Positions 24,755 to 37,126 of a DNA stretch of 64,000 bases are shown piece after piece. The first letter of the stretch is position 1. Each line of letters begins with the position of its first letter. Below the pieces are notes generated by a model. The model was not told where the DNA came from and did not search any database. It saw only the letters and a list, made by a program, of their open reading frames with translations. The position numbers and the translations under genes are program-made. This DNA comes from Eledone cirrhosa (Eukaryota). The stretch covers positions 13,206,001-13,270,000 of the forward strand of contig OZ024761.1 in assembly GCA_964016885.1 (NCBI GenBank), in the 5' to 3' direction.

Positions 24755-25604
24755 TCTATATATATAAAACTGTGGTTGTCTGTCTGTCTATCGATTTTTG
24801 GCACACATCTCCTCTTAGAATCTCTCACGGAATTGCACCGAAATTGCTATACTTGTACATTGAGCCCTAGCGAAGACATCGGAAAAAAAAAATTTCAAAT
24901 TGACCCACCCTATGTGACGAAATCGAATATAATGTATCGATTTTTGAGCGTAAGTTATCAGTTATTTCCCTTTGTTCTGTTTACATTGAGCGTCTTACGT
25001 AAAAAATTACAATACACGAACAGTTGTCGAGCCAGCAAAATATTGACCTGCAAAATTCATCAGTTCGAACACTAAGCTTCCGTTTTGCTTCATTTCCATT
25101 TAAAAGCATTTTAAAACAATATTTTTACTTGAAAACAAGTCTATTTAAAGACTACGTAAAACAAGCAAATATTTCGTTGTTAGGCGTGCAGACAGACAGT
25201 CGTGCAGAGAGGTGATATACGCGTGCAGACAGACAGTCGTGCAGAGAGGTGATATACGCGTGCAGACAGATAGTCGTGCAGAGAGGTGATATAGGCGTGC
25301 AGACAGACATAACTGATAATTTGGTTACGCTAATGTTTTTCTCTGCGTTGCAGTGTTTACATTTTCGATCTTTGTTAATAAATAACCAGTGCAGTTTCTA
25401 TCCCCAGCATCCTCTTTTGTTATAACATTCGGGTTATCGTTATGTTTTCTTAACTTCATAAGGCATATTGTTGGTTGAGGGAATATTAATCAAAAACACC
25501 ACATGCAAGTCTGCACAGTAGACACTACAGTTTTTAAGCCAAAAAAGAAACTTAACATTGTAACTTTAACACAGCTACTGAGCGACCCCGAGCTTTACTG
25601 CTAG
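24755..25604 (+). mobile_element. Probable non-autonomous Helitron with internal 37-bp tandem repeat (25184-25290)
   Basis: A|TCTATATATATAAAA 5' end, (TCTG)n just inside, 3' ...CTGCTAG|T; subterminal hairpin degraded. Confidence 0.55.
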
Positions 25605-25950
25605 TATATATATATATATAAGAACAGATTAAAGTTTAAGCAAAGAATCGCTGCCTTTACCCTTATCGAGCCCTCTTCAAATTTTAGTCTTCACATTTAT
25701 TTTGGAAGTATTGGTAGAGGGTCGGACGCCATGCTTTGACGCATAGAGTTACGGCCCTTGCCATTCTGAGTTCAAATCCCGCCGAGGTTAACTTTGCCTT
25801 TCATCCTTACGGGGTCGATAAAATAAAGTACCAGTAATACACTGAGTAATTGCTGGCCTTGTGCCTAACGTAGAAACAATTATAACATATATACCCTACA
25901 CGGTACATAACACTGTGTCCTGGAAAACCTTAATGCACTCGTGCATAACC

Positions 25951-26006
<56 letters not shown>

Positions 26007-26404
26007 ATACTTTGGGAGGGTCATGTTGCCAATAAATTCAGAAACGATATATATATATATATATACACGAGTCAAAGAACCTATCCTAACGAGTGACGTA
26101 TTATTGTTACTGATACACAACAACCCATTGCTTATTTGACCTCGACACAACCGTTTCGACAGAGGTCACGGTCCACATTGATGAACACCACGTGTGTACA
26201 CACATTCAGACAGACGTATATATACATACACACACACACACACCGGTTAGTTTAGCGCGTATTTTAATTGAAAAAACAACAAACTAAGAACGAATCTACG
26301 TACATATACAGATGTAGGAAGTAACGAGAGAATGTATACATTTTTATTAGAATGCTGCTGAAGTGTGTATATACATTTTCTGGGGACACCCTGTATGTAT
26401 GTAT

Positions 26405-26720
26405 AAAGTCACACGAAAGGATAACTACCCGACGAAGACCTGGTGAAACAACATGCGTGATATGCAATAAATTATGTAGAATTAGCTCCGGACTAAAAAA
26501 AAAACCCACATGGTGGTACATAAAGATTGTGTCCCATAAGGTGACCCCCCCCCCCTCCGATCCTGTGGAAAGCACAACTCTCTTCTGTCACCTGTGTTGT
26601 AAACCATGCAGATCTTCATCTGGTCTACAAAGTTATTTGCGAAGTCATGGACGAGGATGGGATGACAACGAAGAATCAATAAGAGAGGGCAATTGTGGGC
26701 GAAGACACGGCGCAATCACC
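26405..26720 (+). mobile_element. Probable LINE C-terminal zinc-finger remnant
   Basis: CVICNKLCRISSGL and CHLCCKPCRSSSGLQSYLRSH; no splice context. Confidence 0.45.
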
Positions 26721-26721
26721 A

Positions 26722-26778
<57 letters not shown>

Positions 26779-27274
26779 AATGATCATCTTCTATCGGTCG
26801 CAACTCCAGGTAGAAGGAGCAACGTGAAATAAAGTGTCTTGCTCAAGGACATAACACCTCGCTTGGTCCAGGAATTGAATTCACGATTGCGAATCCAATT
26901 CTCTAACCACTCAGCCACACATATGGGTCGTTGAAGGCAGAGTTTTAAGAACCAGTTAGACAATTACTCACTGGAGTACTCGATACTTGGGGTAGTAGAG
27001 TGGGTAATATGAAAAATTCGGGACCCCGACGGCTGAGCTCCTGCCATTTCAACAGCTAGATCCGAACGAATTCAGTTCTTCGGGTCTAACTGTTGAAACG
27101 GCAGGAGCTCAGCCGTCGGGGTCCCGAATTTTCCATATATATATATTTAAAGGTTAAACAAGGTTCAATGAATAAATCAAAGAATTAGTTTTACAATGGA
27201 TTGGAAGCACTCAACAGTACGGTTATCCGGAGTTATTAATATTAATTCAAAATAGACATTCGTGTGATCAAGTA

Positions 27275-27341
27275 TATTTTATTATACATATTTCAGAGGT
27301 ACTGAGCTATCTTCAACAGTACGTCCTCATCAGATAAAATA
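27275..27341 (-). ncRNA. Hammerhead ribozyme motif (family B), left arm of palindrome
   Basis: exact reverse complement of 27453-27519. Confidence 0.72.
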
Positions 27342-27452
27342 AGATGATGCATGACATACCCTGACATAGTAGATGGTTAAGATTCAGTCATGGTAGTGAA
27401 TCATCACTGAATCTTAACCATCTACTATGTCAGGGTATGTCATGCATCATCT

Positions 27453-27519
27453 TATTTTATCTGATGAGGACGTACTGTTGAAGATAGCTCAGTACCTCTG
27501 AAATATGTATAATAAAATA
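27453..27519 (+). ncRNA. Hammerhead ribozyme motif (family B), right arm of palindrome
   Basis: TATTTTAT-CTGATGA-GGACGTACTG..CAGTACCTCT-GAAA-TATGTAT-A^ATAAAATA. Confidence 0.72.
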
Positions 27520-27559
27520 TACTTGATCACACGAATGTCTATTTTGTTAATATTTTGAA

Positions 27560-27617
<58 letters not shown>

Positions 27618-27705
27618 ATATATATAAAACGGAGGAACTTGGTAAAATTTACACCGGTTCGTTTTTCGTTTTTTTTTTTTTATTATTTACTGTTAATTCT
27701 CTTAC

Positions 27706-27887
27706 CGTGATGTAAATACTTGAGAACAACTCATAGTCGGACTGAAATCACACCATGGTGTATAGGAACTATTTGTCCGTTTGTTTATGTCTACATGGAA
27801 TGCGTACAGCGACAGGATGAAGCCAAACATCGACAGAATAACCAGCAGAAATAATGTAAACCTTTGAACTGTCAACGACACTGCCAT
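27706..27887 (-). CDS. VKORC1: Vitamin K epoxide reductase exon 1
   Basis: MAVSLTVQRF...SLYAFHVDINKRTNSSYTPWCDFSPTMSCSQVFTSR with both loop cysteines; GTAAG donor, phase 2. Orthology to VKORC1 versus VKORC1L1 cannot be resolved. Confidence 0.92.
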
Positions 27888-28409
27888 GTTTCGATAACAA
27901 GTTGATACTAATTCTGTTTCTTTTGTATAACTCTTCAATGTCGTCCCGGTTTATTTACCTTAAGCGTCGGACAACATGCTTCGCGGCATAGGGTTATGGC
28001 CCTTTACGTTCTGGGTTTAAATCCTTGCGTGGTTAGCTTTGCCTTTCATCCTTACATGGTCGATAAAATAAAATACCAGTAATGCACTAGGATCGATTTA
28101 ATCGACTTTCCCCCTTTCCTTCAAATTGCTGGCCTTGTGCCTAAAGTAGAAACAATTATTATTATTATTTTCGGTGGAGGGTCCAACGCCATGCTTTGCG
28201 GCATAGAGTTCAGATCCTGTCGAGGTCAACTTTGCCTTTCATCCTTACGTGGTCGATAAAATAAAGTACCGGTAATACACTGAGATAATTGCTGGCCTTG
28301 TGCCAAAAGTAGAAAAATTATTTTTTTTTAATAGATGACAGATTATTTTTATTCGCAATTATATAAATAATATTACAAATAAAAACAAAGAAACACACAC
28401 ACACACACA

Positions 28410-30090
28410 CACAAGCAGGTAATATACACATCTAGGACCACATACAACACACAAGCAGGTAATACACACATCTTGGACCACATACAACACATAAGCAGGT
28501 AATACACACATCTTGGACCACATACAACACATAAGCAGGTAATATACACATCTAGGACCACATACACCACATAAGCAGGTAATATACACATCTAGGACCA
28601 CATACAACACATAAGCAGGTAATATACACATCTAGGACCACATACAACACATAAGCAGGTAATATACACATCTAGGACCACATACAACACACAAGCAGGT
28701 AATATACACATCTAGGATCACATACAACACATAAGCAGGTAATATACACATCTAGGACCACATACAACACATAAGCAGGTAATACACACATCTAGGACCA
28801 CATACAACACATAAGCAGGTAATATACACATCTAGGACCACATACAACACATAAGCAGGTAATACACACATCTAGGACCACATACAACACATAAGCAGGT
28901 AATATACACATCTAGGACCACATACAACACATAAGCAGGTAATACACACATCTAGGACCACATACAACACATAAGCAGGTAATATACACATCTAGGACCA
29001 CATACAACACATAAGCAGGTAATACACACATCTAGGACCACATACAACACATAAGCAGGTAATATACACATCTAGGATCACATACAACACATAAGCAGGT
29101 AATACACACATCTAGGACCACATACAACACATAAGCAGGTAATACACACATCTAGGACCACATACAACACATAAGCAGGTAATACACACATCTAGGACCA
29201 CATACAACACATAAGCAGGTAATACACACATCTAGGACCACATACAACACATAAGCAGGTAATACACACATCTAGGACCACATACAACACATAAGCAGGT
29301 AATACACACATCTAGGACCACATACAACACATAAGCAGGTAATACACACATCTAGGACCACATACAACACATAAGCAGGTAATACACACATCTAGGACCA
29401 CATACAACACATAAGCAGGTAATACACACATCTAGGACCACATACAACACATAAGCAGGTAATACACACATCTAGGACCACATACAACACATAAGCAGGT
29501 AATATACACATCTAGGACCACATACAACACATAAGCAGTTAATACACACATCTAGGACCACATACAACACATAAGCAGGTAATACACACATCTAGGACCA
29601 CATACAACACATAAGCAGGTAATACACACATCTAGGACCACATACAACACATAAGCAGGTAATACACACATCTAGGACCACATACAACACATAAGCAGGT
29701 AATATACACATCTAGGACCACATACAACACATAAGCAGGTAATACACACATCTAGGACCACATACAACACATAAGCAGGTAATACACACATCTAGGACCA
29801 CATACAACACATAAGCAGGTAATACACACATCTAGGACCACATACAACACATAAGCAGGTAATATACACATCTAGGACCACATACAACACACATAAGCAG
29901 GTAATACACACATCTAGGACCACATACAACACATAAGCAGGTAATACACACATCTAGGACCACATACAACACATAAGCAGGTAATACACACATCTAGGAC
30001 CACATACAACACATAAGCAGGTAATATACACATCTAGGACCACATACAACACATAAGCAGTTAATACACACATCTAGGACCACATACAAC
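28410..30090. repeat. 40-bp satellite (~42 copies)
   Basis: CACATACAACACATAAGCAGGTAATACACACATCTAGGAC. Confidence 0.97.
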
Positions 30091-30509
30091 GAAAGGGATG
30101 GACAAACGAACCACTGCCAGAACTCAAGGTAATATCACGAGGAGCACTGGGAAACTTCTCTAATAATTTCTTGAGGCAAGCCACCACTAATTATTATTCT
30201 GTATCAGTAGAGCGTCAGACACCATGCTTAGTGGCATAGAGTTATGGCCCTTTGCGTTCTGTGTTCAAATCCCGCCATGATTAGCTTTGTTTTTCATCCT
30301 TGCAGGGTCGATAAAATAAAGCACTAGTAATGTACTGGGGTCGAAACGGCCGGAGCTCAGCTGTCGGGGTCCTGACTCTTTTCCTATATATATATTTATT
30401 GAGGGTATCACCCTCAATAAATGTACTATCCCCACTATCCAGGAAGCTCCAACCGTTAAGGTTGTCTTTTTTTCCGGCTATGTCAATATTTATTTATAAA
30501 ACAAATCTG

Positions 30510-30575
30510 TATTTTGTCTGATGAAAGCGCACCATAATTTGCCTTGGTGGCCCTTGAAATATGTATAATAAAATA
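30510..30575 (+). ncRNA. Hammerhead ribozyme motif (family B)
   Basis: TATTTTGT-CTGATGA-AAG.CACCA..TGGTG.CTT-GAAA-TATGTAT-A^ATAAAATA. Confidence 0.68.
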
Positions 30576-30706
30576 AATGTGGTTTTATAAATATAGTTTC
30601 CATTTATTAATATATTGTGTATTTACTCCACTAACTTGTTGAGTGCTTTATATCAGTTATAAAAATGTTTAAGCTTGTTGAATCCCAACAAATTAAATAT
30701 AACCTT

Positions 30707-30759
<53 letters not shown>

Positions 30760-31225
30760 CATTAAAGTTTGAGCAAAGAATCGCTGCTTTCACCCTTAAC
30801 AGGATCTTCTGAAACTAAAATAAATATTTGCTCTACGGTTCTTATATATTTGATATATATTTATCCTTATCGACCCCTTGGATTTTAGTCTTCAAATTTA
30901 TTATTATTACTATATATATATATATTGCTTGTTCTGCTTATCTTAATATATATATATATATATATACACACACATATTTATAGAAGGGAAATTCCAATCT
31001 AAGGTAGGACACATGAACATATGGTGGTGGTGATGGTTGGGGTTGCGGTGGTGATAGTTGGGGGTGGGGGTGTTGATGGGTGGAACTTTGTTTTTGTGTG
31101 GAAGTCTTTTGACCTGAGCTGACCCAAAATCAGAATATGGAATGTTATTGTGGCTATGAACTAATCTGACCTCACACATACACACTTGTATACACATGTG
31201 CATGCATATATTTGCACACACACAC

Positions 31226-31256
<31 letters not shown>

Positions 31257-31293
31257 CACACACTCACAGATACACACATCCGCCCTCACACAA

Positions 31294-31346
<53 letters not shown>

Positions 31347-31518
31347 TAGAGAGAGTGTGTGTCCCCAGAAATGTATACACACTTCAACAGCATTCTAATA
31401 AATATTGCCTGTACAGGTAATCAAAGTGTGTATATATTTTTTGGGGACACCCTGTATATATACGTATGTGTGTATATATATATTTATATATACATATATA
31501 TATCATCATCATCATGCG

Positions 31519-31562
<44 letters not shown>

Positions 31563-31894
31563 TATACACAAATACATACATACACATGCACATCTTTATA
31601 CACACATACATATTGACAAATGGACACACATTTACATCTACATAAAACAATAACAAAAAAGAAACAAATATTGACCCCTTTTTTACACCAGCCCCTCAGG
31701 AACTGCCCCCTAGTTCTATAATACTGAGCTAAAAATCTTCCATGGTTCTATCATACAAAACTGTTTCTTTTAAAGTATTTATTTTCTTGGGTCTCGAATA
31801 ATCCCACCCCTATACAAACACACATTTATAAAATTTTCCAACACATCCCCCCAACTCCTTATTAAATTTTTCTAATGTATCTCCTGTGAAATGC

Positions 31895-32843
31895 CTTTCA
31901 TTAGAAATATGGTAATGAAAGAGTTAATGACATAGACAGTGTCTTTCATTAGAAATATGGTAATGAAAGGGTTAATGACATAGACAGTGTCTTTCATTAG
32001 AAATATGGTCATGAAAGGGTTAATGACATAGACAGTGTCTTTCATTAGAAATATGGTAATGAAAGGGATAATGACATAGACAGTGTTTTTCATTAGAAAT
32101 ATGGTAATGAAAGGGTTAATGACATAGACAGTGTCTTTCATTAGAAATATGGTAATGAAAGGGTTAATGACATAGACAGTGTCTTTCATTAGAAATATGG
32201 TAATGAAAGGGTTAATGACATAGACTGTTTTTCATTAGAAATATGGTAATGAAAGGGTTAATGACATAGACAGTGTTTTTCATTAGAAATATGGTAATGA
32301 AAGGGTTAATGACATAGACAGTGTTTTTCATTAGAAATATGATAATGAAAGGGTTAATGACATAGAGTGTCTTTCATTAGAAATATAGTAATGACAGGGT
32401 TAATGACATAGACAGTGTTTTTCATTAGAAATATGATAATGAAAGGGTTAATGACATAGACAGTGTCTTTCATTAGAAATATAGTAATGACAGGGTTAAT
32501 GACATAGACAGTGTCTTTCATTAGAAATATGGTAATGAAAGGGTTAATGACATAGAAAGTGTTTTTCATTAGAAATATGGTAATGAAAGGGTTAATGACA
32601 TAGAAAGTGTTTTTCATTAGAAATATAGTAATGACAGGGTTAATGACATAGACAGTGTCTTTCATTAGAAATATGGTAATGAAAGGGTTAATGACATAGA
32701 AAGTGTTTTTCATTAGAAATATGGTAATGAAAGGGTTAATGACATAGAAAGTGTTTTTCATTAGAAATATAGTAATGAAAGGGTTAAGGACATAGACAGT
32801 GTCTTTCATTAGAAATATAGTAATGACAGGGTTAATGACATAG
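31895..32843 (-). repeat. 48-bp satellite (~20 copies), MITE-terminus derived
   Basis: reverse complement of TTAACCCTTTCATTACCATATTTCTAATGAAAGACACTGTCTATGTCA. Confidence 0.95.
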
Positions 32844-33039
32844 AAAGCAGAAACAAGTTACAAAACAATAATAACAACAACAACAACATGGTATTGGAAT
32901 TTTTTATTTATTTATTTGTAGTTTTGCTGTTTACTCTGAAACCAGTTTTTTTGTATATATTTCTGATTGCTAAATACCCTCCCCACCCCTCCTTTCTCTT
33001 TTATGACCTACAATTGTTAGGAAAGGTTGAATTTGGTTA

Positions 33040-33760
33040 GGTGGTCTGGTCAGGGGATGTTAGTGCTGATTGTAGTGGTTGGTTTGGTTGTAGTTGTGGT
33101 GGTGGTCATGTTAGTGGTGTTGTTGTTGTTGGTGGTGTTGTTGGTCAGTAACAATTCTGGTGGTGATGGTGGGAATGTTAGTGCTGGTTATAGTGGCTGT
33201 GGTGGTTGTAGTGGTGGGTTTGGTTGTAGTTGTGGTGGTGGTGGTCTTCCTGAGAATGCTGGGGGGTCATGTTAGTGGTGTTGGTGGTATTGGTGATGTA
33301 GTGCCTAGTGGTGTTGTTGGTGGTGGTATTGATGATGTAGTGCCTAGTGGTGTTGTTGGTGGTGGTATTGATGATGTAGTGCCTAGTGGTGTTGCTGGTG
33401 GTGATAGTAGTGCCTAGTGGTGGTGGTGGTGATAGTAGTGCTTAGGGGTGGTGGAATTGGTGATGTAGTGCCTAGTGGTGGTGGTGGTGGTGGTAGTAGT
33501 AGTGCTTAGTGATGGTGGTATGGGTGATGTAGTGCCTAGTGGTGGTGGTGGTGGTATTGGTGATGGTAGTGCCTAGTGGTGGTGGTATTGGTGGTGGTGG
33601 TGATAGTAGTGCCTAGTGGTGGTGGTATTGGTGATGGTAGTGTCTAGTGGTGGTATTGGTGATGGTAGTGCCTACTGGTGGTGGTATTGGTGATGGTAGT
33701 GTCTAGTGGTGGTATTGGTGATGGTAGTGCCTAGTGGTGATGGTAGTGCCTAGTAGTGGG
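33040..33760. repeat. GT-rich degenerate minisatellite (AGTGCCTAGTGGTGGT)
   Basis: direct inspection. Confidence 0.85.
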
Positions 33761-34310
33761 TCCCAAATCTTTATAATATAACCATACTCTACTACCCCAA
33801 GTACTATTGAGTACTATGTCGATTAAAATGCACTTCCTAAAACCAACCTCATTTACAGTGAGTACTGGGTGCCTTTTTGCCGTGGCCCCTCCACGACCAC
33901 TTTACAGTGGAATGATAGGGACCCCAGTCCCTATCATCTCATTTCTACAGCTGAGTAAACTGGAGCAATGTGAAATAAAGTGTCTTGCTCAAGGAAACAA
34001 CACATCACCCGGTCTGAGAATTGAACTCACAACCTTTCGATTGCAAGCCCAATGCTCTAACCACTAAGCCATGTGCCTCCATATGTATATATAAATATAT
34101 ATATAAATATAGATAGATAGATACATCTCCTGTACAGAGGTGCTGTGCTCCAGCCTGGGCTCAACTTATTACTGAGATCATATATAAAATTTAATATGAA
34201 TAATTAGTGTTGGTCAGTCATTGATATCTTATGGTCAAGTAGTCAGCATCTGAGTCATTGCTAGGGTGTGTATAGTCTAGGGTGTATATATATATGTGTG
34301 TGTGTGTTTG

Positions 34311-34356
<46 letters not shown>

Positions 34357-34394
34357 TCGTTATTATTATATATATATATATATGTGTGTGTCTG

Positions 34395-34429
<35 letters not shown>

Positions 34430-34491
34430 ATATATATATAAATATACATATTGTTATTACGATATATATATATATATATATGTATGTATAT

Positions 34492-34532
<41 letters not shown>

Positions 34533-34552
34533 TGTATATATATATATGCATG

Positions 34553-34586
<34 letters not shown>

Positions 34587-34633
34587 CATACATACATATA
34601 TACATATATATACATACATATGTATATATATAT

Positions 34634-34682
<49 letters not shown>

Positions 34683-34720
34683 CATACATACATATATATA
34701 TATAGTAATAACGATATTTA

Positions 34721-34751
<31 letters not shown>

Positions 34752-34916
34752 GTAGATAAATCTACCAAGAGTTTACGGTAGTGTCCAATCCGTATGAAGA
34801 ACTCAATGTAATCCGGATATCATGGAAAGAAGAGATGCAATGAAAAATCACTTTCGGTGAAAGATAAACGGAATACAGAGTCAAGATAAAATATTAAAAA
34901 AAAAATAATAAAAAAA

Positions 34917-35032
<116 letters not shown>

Positions 35033-35368
35033 CAAAGAGGGTGTGGTGAGATACCAGGTGCATTAGAACACACCAGAGTACTCAATGCTTAGGGTAGTAG
35101 AGTGGATAATATATATATAGATAAGTTGACAGGACTAGCATAAGTTTTCTCTGCTAGTACCGGTAGCATCTTAGAGTACTCAATAGGTCAGGTTATGTAA
35201 AAATCCCAGAGTAGACACAAAGTTATGTACTTCAATACAACACACGTAAATGGGTTCTATATATATATATATATTTAATACTATTTTATACACACACACA
35301 CACATGCAAATATATATATATATACACACGCACACAAATATACACGTGTGTGTGTGTGTGTATATACG

Positions 35369-35430
<62 letters not shown>

Positions 35431-35532
35431 ATACTATTTTATACACACATGCAAATATATATATACACACACACACACGCACACAAATATACACGTGTGT
35501 GTGTGTGTGTGTGTATATATACACATACATAC

Positions 35533-35569
<37 letters not shown>

Positions 35570-35802
35570 AGGAGAGAGAGAGAGTGAGAGATAGAGAGAG
35601 AAAGAGATGACTGTTACCATGGTAACAGCACACATTTCATTTAATCTTCTTCACCTCCTCTTCAGTGGCTGAGTCAGAAGTGGAAGAAAGGTCAGAAACT
35701 GCTGACCTTTTTTTAAGCATCTCTTTCTCCCTCCTCTATTGGTCAGCCTGTAGTAATTGAGGGTAGGTAGGCACTTCTCCTCCTCCTCCTCCATCTCCTC
35801 CT

Positions 35803-36016
35803 CCTCCAGTATACTCACCAGATCTTTCACAGGCTGACTATAATCTTTTCAAACATTTGGTCAACTTATTGCTAGAGAAAGTCTTTCAAACCCAAACAGC
35901 CACAAAAATTGCCTTCAAAGAATTCATTGCCTCAAGAATTTCAGAATTCTGTGTTACTGCAATAAATAAATTTGTATCTCATTGGGAAAAAAATGTGTAG
36001 ATTCAAATAATTATCA
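35803..36016 (+). mobile_element. mariner transposase C-terminal relic (target of the ribozyme element)
   Basis: PPVYSPDLSQADYNLFKHL...AFKEFIASR...AINKFVSHWEK/CVDSN. Confidence 0.8.
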
Positions 36017-36789
36017 ATAAAAACAAATAACGAAACGAAATTAAATTTCGTTTCGTTTGTAACTCACTTTTGTATGACTGACGCTTAAACAATTAAGTTA
36101 AAAAAGTTAAAAATGTACATCCACATATGTATACTGAAATACTAGTATGCATATGAATACACACACGTATACATATGTAGATGTACCGAGTTTTTCACTG
36201 GTCACTTTACTGTGAGTGTCCAGCTATTCTGTATGTAAACACACAGACAAACCGGTTTTTAGAGTCATACTGGTTTTTGAGGAAACACCTTTCCTCTATT
36301 CTCCAGAAAGCCAGACAAGGAATATTGAACTAGTTTCGATGTTGTTACATCTCATCAGCAATATTTACCTATCTTCCGGCCTCTCTAGAGAATCGTAAAA
36401 GCACATATCGTTATATGCTTTTTCTATGAAAATTAGTAGTGGGCAGACTAATTTGCATAGAGCGTGAGTACGTACCGGTTCAACGGAGACGATAAAAACA
36501 AATAACGAAACGAAATTAAATTTCGTTTCGTTTGTAACTCACTTTTGTATGACTGACGCTTAAACAATTAAGTTAAAAATGTACATCCACATATGTATAC
36601 TGAAATACTAGTATGCATATGAATACACACACGTATACATATGTAGATGTACCGAGTTTTTCACTGGTCACTTTACTGTGAGTGTCCAGCTATTCTGTAT
36701 GTAAACACACAGACAAACCGGTTTTTAGAGTCATACTGGTTTTTGAGGAAACACCTTTCCTCTATTCTCCAGAAAGGAATATTTTTAAC
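36017..36789 (-). mobile_element. Non-coding hammerhead-containing retroelement insertion (retrozyme-like), about 1.6 copies of a ~475-nt unit
   Basis: direct repeat 36017-36326 versus 36492-36783; flanking 13-bp duplication CAAATAATTATCA (36004-36016 and 36790-36802); internal hammerhead. Confidence 0.75.
36321..36365 (-). ncRNA. Type I minimal hammerhead ribozyme (family A)
   Basis: minus strand reads AATATTG-CTGATGA-GATGT(AACA)ACATC-GAAA-CTAG-TT^CAATATT; complete core, 7-bp stem I, palindromic stem III. Confidence 0.85.
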
Positions 36790-37094
36790 CAAATAATTAT
36801 CATTTTTTTTTTAATTAAGAAAGTTTAATCTCAACTGAGATTTCTTTTTCTTTGCCCACTTATTCCTAGGAGGGCCGTGGAGGCAGATTCCTAAATTGTT
36901 GCTACCTTCAGGTCCTGTCAGAAGCAACCGTCTCCAACTGATCTAGTTGGATCCTCAAGCAAGACCAGCCAAGCTCAACAATGTTATCCAACCATCTTGC
37001 TTGTGGTCTACCCCTGGTCTCCTGCTGGTTGGTTTTGCCCTTAAAATTTGTCCAGCAATTATTTCTTTAGACATTCTAACCACATGCCCATAGT

Positions 37095-37126
<32 letters not shown>

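Larger units (their letters stand above)
27248..27546. repeat. 141-bp inverted repeat (17-nt spacer) in VKORC1 intron 1
   Basis: 27248-27388 is the reverse complement of 27406-27546; no mismatch seen by eye. Confidence 0.92.

Noticed and set aside
27888-27938. Upstream extension of the VKOR ORF in the track (start 27938)
   Set aside because: Non-ATG start; the ATG at 27887 gives a typical-length VKOR N-terminus.
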